The notes under the pieces: generated by a model | The model's database searches: none | Seen by the model: the letters and a program-made list of their open reading frames with translations, nothing else | Told to the model about the DNA's origin: nothing | Shown: one piece after another, positions 50,739 through 60,931 of the stretch | How positions within the stretch are numbered: position 1 is the first letter of the stretch | Layout: every line of letters begins with the position of its first letter | Position numbers and translations under genes: made by a program | Assembly: GCA_963769935.1 (NCBI GenBank) | Contig: CAVYNY010000022.1 | Coordinates: 576,001-640,000, forward strand | Origin: an uncultured delta proteobacterium | Lineage (GTDB): Bacteria; Desulfobacterota; Desulfobacteria; Desulfobacterales; JAFDCJ01 | Length of the DNA: 64,000 bases | Direction of reading: 5' to 3'

Positions 50739-50872
50739 AACTACCTCCTGCAACACACTTTGAGTGCTTTATCTCAATTAGAGTCTTAGTCATGGCTGAA
50801 GCGACTTTTTAAAATTTATGTATTTCCGACTTCAAGTCAATAGCAATTGGTGCGCTTCAGAAGGATACGTGT

Positions 50873-51844
50873 TCAGCAATCCAATATCTGCTTCATCGTG
50901 GCGGCGTCAATATTGCCGCCGGAGAGGATGACGCCGATCCGGTCTTTTGGCTTTACAGCGCCGCTTAAAAGCGCTGCAATTCCCAGGGCTCCCGAGGGTT
51001 CCACCACAAGTTTCATACGATAGAACAAAAACTTGACTGCTTCGATAATGGCGGATTCCGCAACGGTTTGCATGTCGTCGACGAATTCCTGCACCAGCGG
51101 AAACGTTACCTTGCCCAGCGACGGTGTGCGGGTGCCGTCCGCGATGGTAGGCGGATTTTTTACGGTATGCAGGCTGCCGGTGCGAAAAGAGCGGGTGGCA
51201 TCGTCGGCCAACTCCGGTTCGATGCCGATGACCCGGCAAGCCGGATTAATTCCCCGGGCGGCAATGGCCGAGCCGCTCAACAGTCCGCCACCGCCGCAGG
51301 GAACCAGCAACATGCCCAGATCTTTTTCCCTTTCCAACAATTCGAGAGCGGCGGTTCCCTGGCCGGTGACAATATCGAGGTGGTCATAGGGGGGAACCAG
51401 GGTATAGCCTTTTTCTTTTACAAGCTCCCGGCAGATCTTCTCGCGGGTGGTTTCGGCAGTATCATAATCGATAACGGCCGCGCCATATTCCTCGGTGGCC
51501 GTGCGTTTAACCGCCGGGGCGTTATTCGGCATCACCACCGTTGTCTGAATTCCGAGCAGTCGACCGACCAGGGCGACGGCCTGAGCATGGTTGCCTGAGG
51601 AATGCGTAATCACCCCGCGCTGCTTCTGCGCGCCGGTTAATTGAGACATGGCGTTGTAGGCCCCGCGAAATTTAAATGCTCCCATGCGCTGAAAATTTTC
51701 ACATTTCAGAAACACTTCCGCTCCGGTCAGCTGGTTTAAAGTTTGCGAGGTCATAACCGGCGTCACGTGCGCTGCGCCGTGCAGTCTTTGTTGGGCTTCT
51801 TTTACTAAATTGAACAGGTCATTTTCTTGCGTTGTGATTTTCAT
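50873..51844 (-). CDS. PLP-dependent Ser/Thr dehydratase / serine racemase family
   Basis: KCENFQRMGAFKFRGA, SSGNHAQ, GGGGL and SGGN. Confidence 0.93.
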   Translation of the reverse strand: MKITTQENDLFNLVKEAQQRLHGAAHVTPVMTSQTLNQLTGAEVFLKCENFQRMGAFKFRGAYNAMSQLTGAQKQRGVITHSSGNHAQAVALVGRLLGIQTTVVMPNNAPAVKRTATEEYGAAVIDYDTAETTREKICRELVKEKGYTLVPPYDHLDIVTGQGTAALELLEREKDLGMLLVPCGGGGLLSGSAIAARGINPACRVIGIEPELADDATRSFRTGSLHTVKNPPTIADGTRTPSLGKVTFPLVQEFVDDMQTVAESAIIEAVKFLFYRMKLVVEPSGALGIAALLSGAVKPKDRIGVILSGGNIDAATMKQILDC

Positions 51845-51987
51845 AAAATATGCCTTGATATCGAAATTACTTTATGTCAGTGGTCCGTTGTCCGTTGTTA
51901 AAAGCAGAGCGTCTTCATTCAAAGAACAACGGACAACTCCTAATAAACTTTAATCTGCGCGCATGGGTCGGAAACCTAAAAATATAT

Positions 51988-52563
51988 TCACTCGTTCGGC
52001 AGTCTTTCTTTCCAGGGATAGCTGTCTTTTTTAACGCGCGACCAGTACAATTCTCCCGAATTTCTCCACGGGTCCAGCACAATTCCTTCTGCAAACGGCT
52101 GTCCTGGGGCCGTAACCACAACCGTGTTGTGTTCCCGCAGCTCACTGCCGCGGTAGGCAACGCCCCAGTGCAGTTGAAAATTTTTTAACTCCAGCAAATA
52201 AAGGCGCTTCATCAGATCTTCCGTCCATTGGTAGCATAGACCGCGATCCCTTAAGCCTATTCGAACCAGCAGATTGTGAAGAATCGGCGGGCGGACCAGC
52301 CGGTATTCTCCAGCCAGATAGTAAGAGTAACTTATGGCTGTCTCCGCCAGCTGTTCGGCTTCCGCTGAATCTGTATGACCGTTGAGTGCCGCCAGATCAT
52401 TGCTCAGAGCGGCAATTTTTTCCCGGTACGCAAGTGCTTCCGGTCCGGCTGCCGGACTATCCCTGCCGGATGCGGCCGGACCGCTCTGATGCGCACCGGC
52501 GCAGGCATTCAGCAATACCACGATCAGTAGAAAAATAATGTATTTAAATTTTTTCGCCAACAT
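51988..52563 (-). CDS. Lipoprotein with a putative Cys-His-Asp (transglutaminase/papain-like) triad
   Basis: Lipobox LNAC; GLCYQW, EHNTVVV and VLDPW. Confidence 0.75.
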   Translation of the reverse strand: MLAKKFKYIIFLLIVVLLNACAGAHQSGPAASGRDSPAAGPEALAYREKIAALSNDLAALNGHTDSAEAEQLAETAISYSYYLAGEYRLVRPPILHNLLVRIGLRDRGLCYQWTEDLMKRLYLLELKNFQLHWGVAYRGSELREHNTVVVTAPGQPFAEGIVLDPWRNSGELYWSRVKKDSYPWKERLPNE

Positions 52564-52604
52564 ATACGACCCATTTTCAATCCACAATCCGAATTCCGCC
52601 CTAC

Positions 52605-53324
52605 CTATATCCTTATCCCCAGCTTCGCCAGTTCACTTTCAACCAGGGCCTCCCATCCTCGATTCGCTTTGGGGTTGGCCGGACTGGGATGCGTGATGCC
52701 TCCGATGGTCAGCTGCAGATCGCTCAATGCAATACGGGCGCGGCCGGTGGTGAACTGACCGACGCCTACCACGTATTCGGGGTTCAACTGTTCGATGGTG
52801 CGGCGCAAGGCGCGGTCGCAGGCTTTAAAAAGCGGATTGCGTTCAGCTGACCGAAGCTGGTTGGGGGTGCGGTTGCGACCGCCGGCTTCAATGAACTGAA
52901 GCGGACAATAGTTGGCAATGAAAAACCGCGAGAAAAATTTTTGCGGGGTATTAAATCTTTTCTGCACCCAACCCCAAATACGTTTTCCGCTGATTTCACT
53001 GCGGCGGCATTTGAATCCGGTAACCGGGCGCTTGGGGTGCATATGAGGCGGTGTGTCGACCGGGGCTTCAATCTTAAGCCAATCCCTGACCGCCGTCACT
53101 TCGCCGAAAGGTATGCCGGTCTGGGCCATCCCCCAGGGACCGGGGTTCATGCCGATCAGAACAATCTGCTTGGGTGGTTTCGCATAGCGCTGCAGGTATT
53201 TCGAATAAGGCGTTCGGGCATACGTCAGCGGGTTGTAGACGTGGGTAACCGGTAGGTCGAACCGCAACGGCCGCAATTCGTCCACCAGATCGTCTGTGAT
53301 GGTTTCAAGATCCACGTTTGCCAT
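52605..53324 (-). CDS. SMUG1-type (family 3) uracil-DNA glycosylase
   Basis: VYNPL, GMNPGPWGMAQTGIPFG, SEISG, NYCPL and HPSPANP. Confidence 0.92.
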   Translation of the reverse strand: MANVDLETITDDLVDELRPLRFDLPVTHVYNPLTYARTPYSKYLQRYAKPPKQIVLIGMNPGPWGMAQTGIPFGEVTAVRDWLKIEAPVDTPPHMHPKRPVTGFKCRRSEISGKRIWGWVQKRFNTPQKFFSRFFIANYCPLQFIEAGGRNRTPNQLRSAERNPLFKACDRALRRTIEQLNPEYVVGVGQFTTGRARIALSDLQLTIGGITHPSPANPKANRGWEALVESELAKLGIRI

Positions 53325-53442
53325 TGAAAATTGAAGTTTGAAGATTGACGATTTGTGGATGTCTTATCAATCCGTAAATTAAAATTTTGGAAATTGATAG
53401 AAGTCCTTCAATAGTTCCGCTTGGCGGATTAATAGATAACAT

Positions 53443-54093
53443 TCACTTTATTGACCAGCGCAGACCACAGACCAGAAACAGCAATCCCACTACCTGAACG
53501 ATATGATAAATTCCGTTGTGATTGAATTGCCAGATCAGGGTTATGGATATTGATTTATTCGCCTGAATGCCGGCGGCAATGATACTGAACAGGATACCGG
53601 CCGCGATCAACCCGGCTCCCTGCAATTCGCCCCGCCAAGATAAAAAGACATAAGCAATCAGCGCAAAAATAAGCGCCAGGCCTTCAAACACAATGAACAC
53701 AAAAAAAATACCGGGATACATCGATGTCGCCGTGTAAAACCCCAGGCTTATCAACAACAACACCGGCAGGGCTTGGCAGGAAGCCGACTTGCCCCACAGA
53801 TCAAAAACCACTCCCACGACAAACATAGCCACTGCCAGCGCCAGGGCCGCGTTCAAGATCTGCCAGAGGCGTTGATGCAGGGCCTGTGCCAGAACCAATC
53901 CGTGAGCCGCGGCACCCAAAGCCGCCGCTAAACCGATGAACCCGAGCGCAGCGGACCAGATGGTTATTCTGAAAAAGTCACTGCCATTCAACGGAACCCG
54001 CTGCAGAAAGAAAATGCCGCCCAAGGCGACGGCGGCCAAGATGAGATCGGTAATCGCGGTGGTTTGCTCGGCAGGGTCTTTAATGTATTCCAC
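53443..54093 (-). CDS. Polytopic (about 7 TM) membrane protein, DUF6962-like
   Basis: EQTTAITD, GAAAHG and HNGIYH. Confidence 0.75.
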   Translation of the reverse strand: MEYIKDPAEQTTAITDLILAAVALGGIFFLQRVPLNGSDFFRITIWSAALGFIGLAAALGAAAHGLVLAQALHQRLWQILNAALALAVAMFVVGVVFDLWGKSASCQALPVLLLISLGFYTATSMYPGIFFVFIVFEGLALIFALIAYVFLSWRGELQGAGLIAAGILFSIIAAGIQANKSISITLIWQFNHNGIYHIVQVVGLLFLVCGLRWSIK

Positions 54094-54099
54094 CTAAAA

Positions 54100-54315
54100 T
54101 CACCGCTTCTTCTCCCCTTTGCAGAAGAGTCCTTTATCCGTGAGACAGTAATTCGGTTCACTGTCCGGACCGCAGAGAAAAGATCCATCCATTCGATTCA
54201 GATAGCCCTTATCGACCAGGTCCGCTAATTCCTCTCTTTTGCCCAGATGGTTGCCGGGATAGTACACACCTTTTTGCATTTTTTCCAGAATATTTTCCGT
54301 CATCTGATGCCCCAC
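54100..54315 (-). CDS. Small hypothetical protein
   Basis: Fills the gap between co-oriented genes; LVDKGYL...YCLTDKG resembles a winged-helix wing. Confidence 0.55.
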   Translation of the reverse strand: MGHQMTENILEKMQKGVYYPGNHLGKREELADLVDKGYLNRMDGSFLCGPDSEPNYCLTDKGLFCKGEKKR

Positions 54316-54367
54316 TTTTTAACCGTTCAAAGGATCGAAGTTTACCGTTCAGGGTTATGTTCCTATG

Positions 54368-54808
54368 TCAATCTGCAACCAGATATTTAACCATACAGAC
54401 CGCACTAACTGGACAAAGATTTTTAAACTCGGTGGTTTCCTGTATTCCGGCCGGAGCAGAATTTCGGGCGGTTTTTTGAAAACCCCGTCTGGAAAAAAAT
54501 TCTTCAGCCGTCATGGTCAATAAAAATAGTGTTTTTAATTGCAATGATTTTGCATAGTCCTCTATGCTACGGACCAGTCTGGATGCAATTTTCCGATTGC
54601 GGTAGACAGCATCGACCGCGAGCGACCGCAAAAGCCCGCAGTCAGCCTTTATTTCAAGTCCGATTACTCCCACCAGTTTGGAACCCTCCCACGCCAACAT
54701 AAAGTGCTTTAATTGATGCGGTTCAAGATCTTCGTGGTGGAGTTCACTGGCTGCCAGCAGTAGCTTAATTTCAGGCTCATTATCCGCAGTTGCAAATGAA
54801 TAATTCAT
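54368..54808 (-). CDS. arsN2: GNAT N-acetyltransferase, ArsN2-like
   Basis: LLRSLAV, LLTMTAEEFF and EFKNLCPVSAVCM. Confidence 0.82.
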   Translation of the reverse strand: MNYSFATADNEPEIKLLLAASELHHEDLEPHQLKHFMLAWEGSKLVGVIGLEIKADCGLLRSLAVDAVYRNRKIASRLVRSIEDYAKSLQLKTLFLLTMTAEEFFSRRGFQKTARNSAPAGIQETTEFKNLCPVSAVCMVKYLVAD

Positions 54809-54870
54809 CTTAGCCCATCGTCATTCCAAGGTTCAAAACCGGATCTGTCGGCCGGGATTCTTTACTGCAT

Positions 54871-55419
54871 CTAAACCCGGTAGATATACAGAGGATCGTT
54901 ATGCAACGAGCCTTCAGGGCGCAACATCCGGAGGGGGTTAAATCCGGGCAGAACAAAGTTGCACGATACAACCAGGGTACCGGGTTTAAGTTCCGCCTTT
55001 AATTTGGCCGATAATTTTTGCATGACATCGGGGTACAGGTAGCAAAAAACGACATCAGCCTCCGCCAGGTTTTGTGACCAGAAGTTTTTAAACCGGATAT
55101 CAATGTTTTTCTGCCCGAGGCCGAGTACCTGAGCTTTGAGGTAAGCCAGCAGATTCACCTCAAATCCAATCGCTTTAACGTTGCAGCGTCTCCGGGCATA
55201 CCGCAGCACGCGTCCGTCACCGCATCCGAGATCCACCAGCACCTGTCCGGGCTTCATCGGTACGGCGGCGATAAAGGCGGCAATCCGAGCCCTTGTGGTC
55301 GAAACGTAGAGCGCACCCTGCGTAACCGGCAGAGCCGCGGCAACGCACAGGATGTAGATCATCTTAAGACCGAACAGGCTGCCTGTCAAAATAATAAATA
55401 GCCAAATCCAGGCGGGCAT
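54871..55419 (-). CDS. Membrane-anchored class I SAM methyltransferase (FAM173/aKMT-like)
   Basis: N-terminal TM helix, VDLGCGDGR, GFEVN, ADVVFCYL and ELKPGTLVVS. Confidence 0.85.
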   Translation of the reverse strand: MPAWIWLFIILTGSLFGLKMIYILCVAAALPVTQGALYVSTTRARIAAFIAAVPMKPGQVLVDLGCGDGRVLRYARRRCNVKAIGFEVNLLAYLKAQVLGLGQKNIDIRFKNFWSQNLAEADVVFCYLYPDVMQKLSAKLKAELKPGTLVVSCNFVLPGFNPLRMLRPEGSLHNDPLYIYRV

Positions 55420-55496
55420 AATCAATTGACCATTGACTATTGAAGATTGAATTTTTAAGAAATCTCTGCCGGTTTCCACAAATCAGCAATTTTTAA

Positions 55497-57368
55497 TCAT
55501 CTATCATCAGAACTCCGGCTTGGCGCGATGCCCTCTCCCTTAGGGATCGGTGCCGGCCGGGATGCAGCTGCCCGGCTTTGAATCAGCTGCCGGCAGATTT
55601 TTATGTTTTTCCGGGTTTCCTCATCGCGGGGGTTAAGGCGCAGGGCCGTATAAAAATGAGCCAGGGCATCCCGGTAGCGGCCCAGTCTCACCAGGGCTGA
55701 TCCCATGTTGTTGTATGCGCCGGCATGATCGGGTTTGAGTCGCAGGGCTTCGGCGAAATAAGCGATCGATTCTTCGAATTTTTTCTGGCCGGCCAGGGTT
55801 ACGCCAATATTGTTGTAGGCTTCCGCATAGGCGGGGTTTAATTGCAACGCATGTTTTAATTGTTCGACGGCTAGGCCGTATTCGCCCTGAGCGGCCAGCG
55901 CATTTCCCAAATTGTTGTAGGCTTTGGCATAATTGGGGTTGATTCTCAGCGCTTCCTTATATTGAGCGATCGCTCCAGCAATATCTCCCCGGCGTTTGAG
56001 CGCATTGCCGAGGTTGTTGTGCGGTCTTGCCTTTTGCGGTGATTTTGTAACCGTATCACTCCAGATCGCGACATCACTGCTCCAAACGGTATTTCTTTCA
56101 AAGGTCCAGGCGCAAAATACCATGACTACCGAACAAATCGCGGTTATTTTGAGCGTCTTGGATGTTATAAAGCGCTCAGCCAGCACCAGCCCCATCAAAA
56201 TGATCAGCATCGAGGGCAAATAGGTGCGGTGTTCAAACACCATTTCAAGTCCGATAACCGAGGATTCGATCGCCAGATTTGCGAAGAACCACAGCAGGCA
56301 GAAGGAAAACAGTCGATCTTTGCGCGCCAGCCTTACCGCCAGGGCAAGGCCGGCGATGAGCACACTCAAAGACAGCAGCGTGGTAATCGGGTCCAGCAGG
56401 GAATAAGATATGGGAAAATCATAGTCTAAATTCAACCGGCTCGGGTTGGGATATATCAACAGACTCAGATAGAGGATGATCACCCGGCCTTCGGTCAGCA
56501 CCCGTTGGACCAATGTAAAATTACGCGTTTGGTAACCCGCCATCAATCTGGCGAGGGGGTGTCCATCCAGATAGAGACAAGACACGCCGATGATCAGCAG
56601 CAGCAGGGCGGCACCGAAAATGAGGCCGCGTTTCAGCCAGGTACGGCTTAGATCCTGAAAGAAGTACCATTCATAGAGAAAAATAAATAAGGGCAGGGTG
56701 GCCGCGATCTCCTTGCTGCCCAAAGCCAGCAAGCCGGATGACATGCAGCCGGCCAACAGGAGGCCCTGATTCAACCGGTTTTTTGCAAGACGGGCCCTGG
56801 CGTAAAGCCACATGGCAAGCACATAAAACATGGCCGCCATGCTGTTCATTCTTTGAACTACATAGGCGACCGATTGGGTGTGAATGGGATGGACCAGCCA
56901 GATGAGCGCCGCCGCATAAGGCAGCCAGGGGTGAATTCCATAGCGCGCCTGCACCGCCGGCAGGCTCAGGGTGGTTTTAAAAAATAAGTAAAGAAAAAGG
57001 CCGGCGAGGATATGGATCAAAATATTGAGCAGGCGGTACCCCGCCACGCGGTAGCCGGCCAAATAGTAGTTCAAAGCAAAGCTTATATTTGCGACCGGTC
57101 GGTTGGCTAGCGGGCTTTCGAAACCGGCCCGCATCAAATCTTCCCAGCTGAGCCGGGTCAGGCGGATGTGGGGATTTTCCTGAATGTTGCTGCCGTCGTC
57201 AAACAAAAAAGGTCCGCTTAAGCTGCTGGAATAAATCAGCACGACCAGCAGGGCGGTAGATGCGGCAATTGAAAGTTTGAGAGAAAATATACCGAATTTC
57301 AAAATTGCTTTACCCGGCCTTAATCGCCTGCAATGTCGCTTTGGCACAGTGGGCCATGTGCAGGGCAT
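55497..57368 (-). CDS. TMTC-like GT-C membrane glycosyltransferase with C-terminal TPRs (start uncertain)
   Basis: FLFDD, RPV, HPIHTQSVAYVVQR, SKE and EHRTYLPS, then about five TPRs (AYNNLG). Confidence 0.85.
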   Translation of the reverse strand: MPCTWPTVPKRHCRRLRPGKAILKFGIFSLKLSIAASTALLVVLIYSSSLSGPFLFDDGSNIQENPHIRLTRLSWEDLMRAGFESPLANRPVANISFALNYYLAGYRVAGYRLLNILIHILAGLFLYLFFKTTLSLPAVQARYGIHPWLPYAAALIWLVHPIHTQSVAYVVQRMNSMAAMFYVLAMWLYARARLAKNRLNQGLLLAGCMSSGLLALGSKEIAATLPLFIFLYEWYFFQDLSRTWLKRGLIFGAALLLLIIGVSCLYLDGHPLARLMAGYQTRNFTLVQRVLTEGRVIILYLSLLIYPNPSRLNLDYDFPISYSLLDPITTLLSLSVLIAGLALAVRLARKDRLFSFCLLWFFANLAIESSVIGLEMVFEHRTYLPSMLIILMGLVLAERFITSKTLKITAICSVVMVFCAWTFERNTVWSSDVAIWSDTVTKSPQKARPHNNLGNALKRRGDIAGAIAQYKEALRINPNYAKAYNNLGNALAAQGEYGLAVEQLKHALQLNPAYAEAYNNIGVTLAGQKKFEESIAYFAEALRLKPDHAGAYNNMGSALVRLGRYRDALAHFYTALRLNPRDEETRKNIKICRQLIQSRAAASRPAPIPKGEGIAPSRSSDDR

Positions 57369-57401
57369 CCGCGCCGACGGCGATCAGGGTATACCCTTTT
57401 T

Positions 57402-58379
57402 TCAGTAAAAGACGGTTCTGGTTCTATGCCTCGGAACCGCCTTGTAATGCGGTTGCTGACCGCGGTTCCAGAGAAAATTATCCAGCTGCGGGGCAGTGAT
57501 AAATGGTCCGGCATCACGGACTGCGTTTTTGATCAGCTCCACGGCATGTACTGCACAGGCCCGGATCTCGACTTCCTCGGCTGAGCCGGCCGGGATCAGA
57601 GTCTGGGCATTGATGCGGCTGAGCAGTTGGTCTTCATACCTTAAAATGCCGTCCATACGCAGCACGTGGGGGACCAGGTTATCGGCAAAGATGGTCATCT
57701 GTGCCAGATCGCGGAAGCATCCCCACGTCCGCCCCTGGAAGGCAATGGCCAGATCAGCCGCGATAATCTGGGCCCTTTTAAAAAAAGGCACTTCGAGTTC
57801 GGCATACGGCGCTACATCATTGAAATAGGGCATCTGCCTGAGCAGGTACACAAGCTTTCCGGCCGATGAGTCGGCCGCCTCCACCAGTCCGGTAAAACTG
57901 CCGTAGAACCGGTTCAGCAAATAACGGCCCAGCTGGTTCAAGGCCGCGCTAAAAAGCGCCATCAGCTCACTGATGATTTTATTGGCGGGATCCTGCCCGA
58001 ATATCCACAGGCAATCCTCAACCGTGATCGCTGCGAGTTGGTCGGCCGGCGGCGGTCCGTTTGCCAGATAAAAATCGTGCAGTGCTGATGCAACCGTGAA
58101 ATAGCCCGACATGCCCGGCCTTTTGTGAAGATACGGAAAATAGCCCGATCCGAAATTTATGCTGTCAAGGACCAGCACAAAAGACACCGTATCTTTTTGC
58201 CGGCCGAGGTAGTGACAATTGGGATCAAGCTGGGGACTGACCGCTTTTTCCAACGGCAGCGAAGACGCATATGAGGGAATCTTATCGTAATTGATTCGCA
58301 CGTTCCTTGACCGCGCGGCTACCGCTTCACATGTAGCACGTATTTGATCAAATATGATTTCAGGCATAGGTGAATTCAA
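57402..58379 (-). CDS. Queuosine salvage hydrolase (QNG1/DUF2419 family)
   Basis: LDSINFGSG, FFKRAQI, TIFADNLVPHVL, EVEIRA, LDNFLW and HRTRTVFY. Confidence 0.9.
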   Translation of the reverse strand: MNSPMPEIIFDQIRATCEAVAARSRNVRINYDKIPSYASSLPLEKAVSPQLDPNCHYLGRQKDTVSFVLVLDSINFGSGYFPYLHKRPGMSGYFTVASALHDFYLANGPPPADQLAAITVEDCLWIFGQDPANKIISELMALFSAALNQLGRYLLNRFYGSFTGLVEAADSSAGKLVYLLRQMPYFNDVAPYAELEVPFFKRAQIIAADLAIAFQGRTWGCFRDLAQMTIFADNLVPHVLRMDGILRYEDQLLSRINAQTLIPAGSAEEVEIRACAVHAVELIKNAVRDAGPFITAPQLDNFLWNRGQQPHYKAVPRHRTRTVFY

Positions 58380-58452
58380 ATTTAAAAAAACGGGTCTCTG
58401 CTAATAGAAAATATTTTTAGTTCTCCATATTTTGTAAATTACTTACAGCATA

Positions 58453-58839
58453 CTATCCGACGTATGCCTCCGCCTCGATTTCCACCAGAATTTCCGCCGA
58501 GATCAGCCGGCCGACTTCGACCATGCTGGTGGCCGGCCGTATGTCTTTAAAAAATTCGCCGTGGGCCTGGCCGATTTTCTCCCAGTCTTCGATGTTGACC
58601 ACATAGATTCTGGTTCGCACGACATCGGAAAGAGCGGCGCCCGCCCGGGTCAAGGCCGTTTCAATATTTTTAATGGCTTGAACCGCTTGAGCATGCGGAT
58701 CCCCGACGCCGACGATTTTGCCGTTGGCGTCCGTCGCCGTTGTACCGGAGACATGGATGTGAGGTCCTATTTTTACGGCCCTGGAATAGCCTACAATCTT
58801 TTCCCAGGGGGCCCCGGAAGAAATGTTTTCTCTTTTCAT
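58453..58839 (-). CDS. Rid (RidA/YjgF) family protein
   Basis: [23 protein letters not shown] and VEIEAEA. Confidence 0.92.
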   Translation of the reverse strand: MKRENISSGAPWEKIVGYSRAVKIGPHIHVSGTTATDANGKIVGVGDPHAQAVQAIKNIETALTRAGAALSDVVRTRIYVVNIEDWEKIGQAHGEFFKDIRPATSMVEVGRLISAEILVEIEAEAYVG

Positions 58840-58947
58840 CAGCGCTTGTCCTTCATTAGTAAAATATAGCCAAGAATCCCGGCCCAAAGGACCAACCTTT
58901 GACTTCACCCCGGCTTCCAAGCTTCCCAATTTCTCATCTTCCCAACT

Positions 58948-59727
58948 TCATCGTGTCGCGCGGTCGTTAATCAGCGTATCCAGCAACCCCATACACACCT
59001 TGCGGCTTTGACCGCCTTCATCCATCTCCGGATTCCAGGTCGAAACGGAGACCGCCGCAATTCTTCCCGTCCGGTTCAGGTGCTGCATCACGGTCTGCAA
59101 TCGTCCGGCAGACGGACCACCGGCAGCGGGGTAATTCATGGCCGGGGCTTCGGCCGGATCCAATATATCCGTATCAATGTGAACATATAAAGGACCTTCC
59201 GGTAAAGTTAACCCCAATAGCTCGCTGACATCGGTTAAATGAACAATCCCGGCCGCTTCGACCAGCAGCGTTTCACCCGGATCAAGATCCCGGGCACCGG
59301 TTAAAATCACCCGATTTTCAGCCAACGGCTTTAGTTTCAGGGCCTTCAACATGGTTTGTTCTCCCCTGCCGACCAGCATGGCCAGGGGCATCCCGCCCAG
59401 AAAGCCGCTGGGGGTTGTTTCCCAGGTGTTAAAGTCGCCATGGGCATCAAACCAGACGAGGGCCGGATCCAGTCCGGCACGCTGCAACCCGGCCAGCACG
59501 CCGATGGTGGCACAGCAATCCCCTGCGATGCTGACCGGGCGCTTTCCGCTTAAAAGGGATTGCTGCGTGAATTCAGCCAGGGGGCGGTGGAGGCCGGACA
59601 AACGCTGCTGCATTTCCCCGGCAGGCAAAAGCGGTTTGTTGATGAGCCAACCGGATGCCGCCAGAGATTCAAGTCCGGGCAGTGGGTCATCCAGAAAAAA
59701 CGGTGTCAGGATCATTTGATTTTGCAT
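58948..59727 (-). CDS. Arginase/ureohydrolase family protein (atypical)
   Basis: DAHGDFNT and HIDTDILDP. Confidence 0.88.
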   Translation of the reverse strand: MQNQMILTPFFLDDPLPGLESLAASGWLINKPLLPAGEMQQRLSGLHRPLAEFTQQSLLSGKRPVSIAGDCCATIGVLAGLQRAGLDPALVWFDAHGDFNTWETTPSGFLGGMPLAMLVGRGEQTMLKALKLKPLAENRVILTGARDLDPGETLLVEAAGIVHLTDVSELLGLTLPEGPLYVHIDTDILDPAEAPAMNYPAAGGPSAGRLQTVMQHLNRTGRIAAVSVSTWNPEMDEGGQSRKVCMGLLDTLINDRATR

Positions 59728-59734
59728 TCTTAAC

Positions 59735-60931
59735 TCAATCGACCTGAAATTTACCCAGCTGATTTTTGCAATATAACGGCCATAAATTTATCAGACCGAA
59801 CATGGGCCCCACCACCAGGAACAGGAAAATATATTGCGGGGTTATAAGACCGGTCAAATAATTGGTGAACTGGATGCTGATGATCGTGATGAAGAATCCG
59901 ATGCTGGTGACGATGGTCAGAGCGGATCCGACAAGTTCCCGGGGCGCTGTTTGGACAGTCAGGGCTGAAAACTGCGGTGAGTCCCCGACCACCACGATAC
60001 CCCATAAAATGAGAAATCCCAAAAAAATTTCCAAGGGGGCATGAAATAAAAACGGAGACAGCAGACAGCAAATTCCCGACGCCAGCAGCTGGAAAAAGGC
60101 GATCGACGGGCTGCCCAGTTTAAATGATAATATACCGCCGCCGATGCATCCCAGACATCCGACGGCAATTACCCAAAAAGACCAGAAGGGAACATTCAAC
60201 GGCTGCCGGGCAGCGGTGCTGTAAGCCTTGATCAGCACCGGAAAAAATGCCCACAAGGTATACAGTTCCCACATATGGCCGAAATAGCCAAAAGATGCTG
60301 ATCGCAAGTCCCTGGATCGAAAGATGGTGGCAAACGCTTTGCTGTTGAACTTGGTCCCTTTTACGACATAAGGTCCATCCGGAACCAGCACCAGTATAAG
60401 AATACCCCCGAAGGCTGAAATTGCTGAAATCGAGAGAATTACATGCTCCCAGGGAAATGACTGGCCGGTACTTTTCAGCAAATGCGGGAAGGCGGTCCCC
60501 ACCACCAGGGCACCCACCAGATACCCCAGGGCCTGGCCCAGGCCTTTGCGATACCAGCCGGCCGCTATTTTCATGCCGACCGGATAGATGCCGGCCAAAA
60601 AAAATCCGGTGCTGAAGCGCAATACCAGCAGTGAGATCAGACCGTCCGCCACTAAGTAAATACCCAGGTTGGAGAGGGCGCCCAGCAATGAGCAAAGAAA
60701 AAAGATCACCCGCGGAGAGAACCGGTCCGATATGGTAAAAAATGCGAACAAAAGGGTTCCGATGATAAATCCCAGCTGCACCGAAGAGGTCATATAGCTC
60801 AAAGCGGCATCGCCCAGTTCCCACTGCCGCTGCAGATCACCCAGAACAGCGTTGCCGGCAAACCACAGCGAGGTCCCCGTAAATTGAGAAACGATAATAA
60901 CCGGCAATATAAGCGTTGATCGATTCTTCAC
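59735..60931 (-). CDS. MFS transporter
   Basis: About 12 TM; SLWF, GIYPVGMK, GYFGHMWELY and DSPQFS; GTGA overlap with the upstream gene. Confidence 0.9.
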   Translation of the reverse strand: MKNRSTLILPVIIVSQFTGTSLWFAGNAVLGDLQRQWELGDAALSYMTSSVQLGFIIGTLLFAFFTISDRFSPRVIFFLCSLLGALSNLGIYLVADGLISLLVLRFSTGFFLAGIYPVGMKIAAGWYRKGLGQALGYLVGALVVGTAFPHLLKSTGQSFPWEHVILSISAISAFGGILILVLVPDGPYVVKGTKFNSKAFATIFRSRDLRSASFGYFGHMWELYTLWAFFPVLIKAYSTAARQPLNVPFWSFWVIAVGCLGCIGGGILSFKLGSPSIAFFQLLASGICCLLSPFLFHAPLEIFLGFLILWGIVVVGDSPQFSALTVQTAPRELVGSALTIVTSIGFFITIISIQFTNYLTGLITPQYIFLFLVVGPMFGLINLWPLYCKNQLGKFQVD

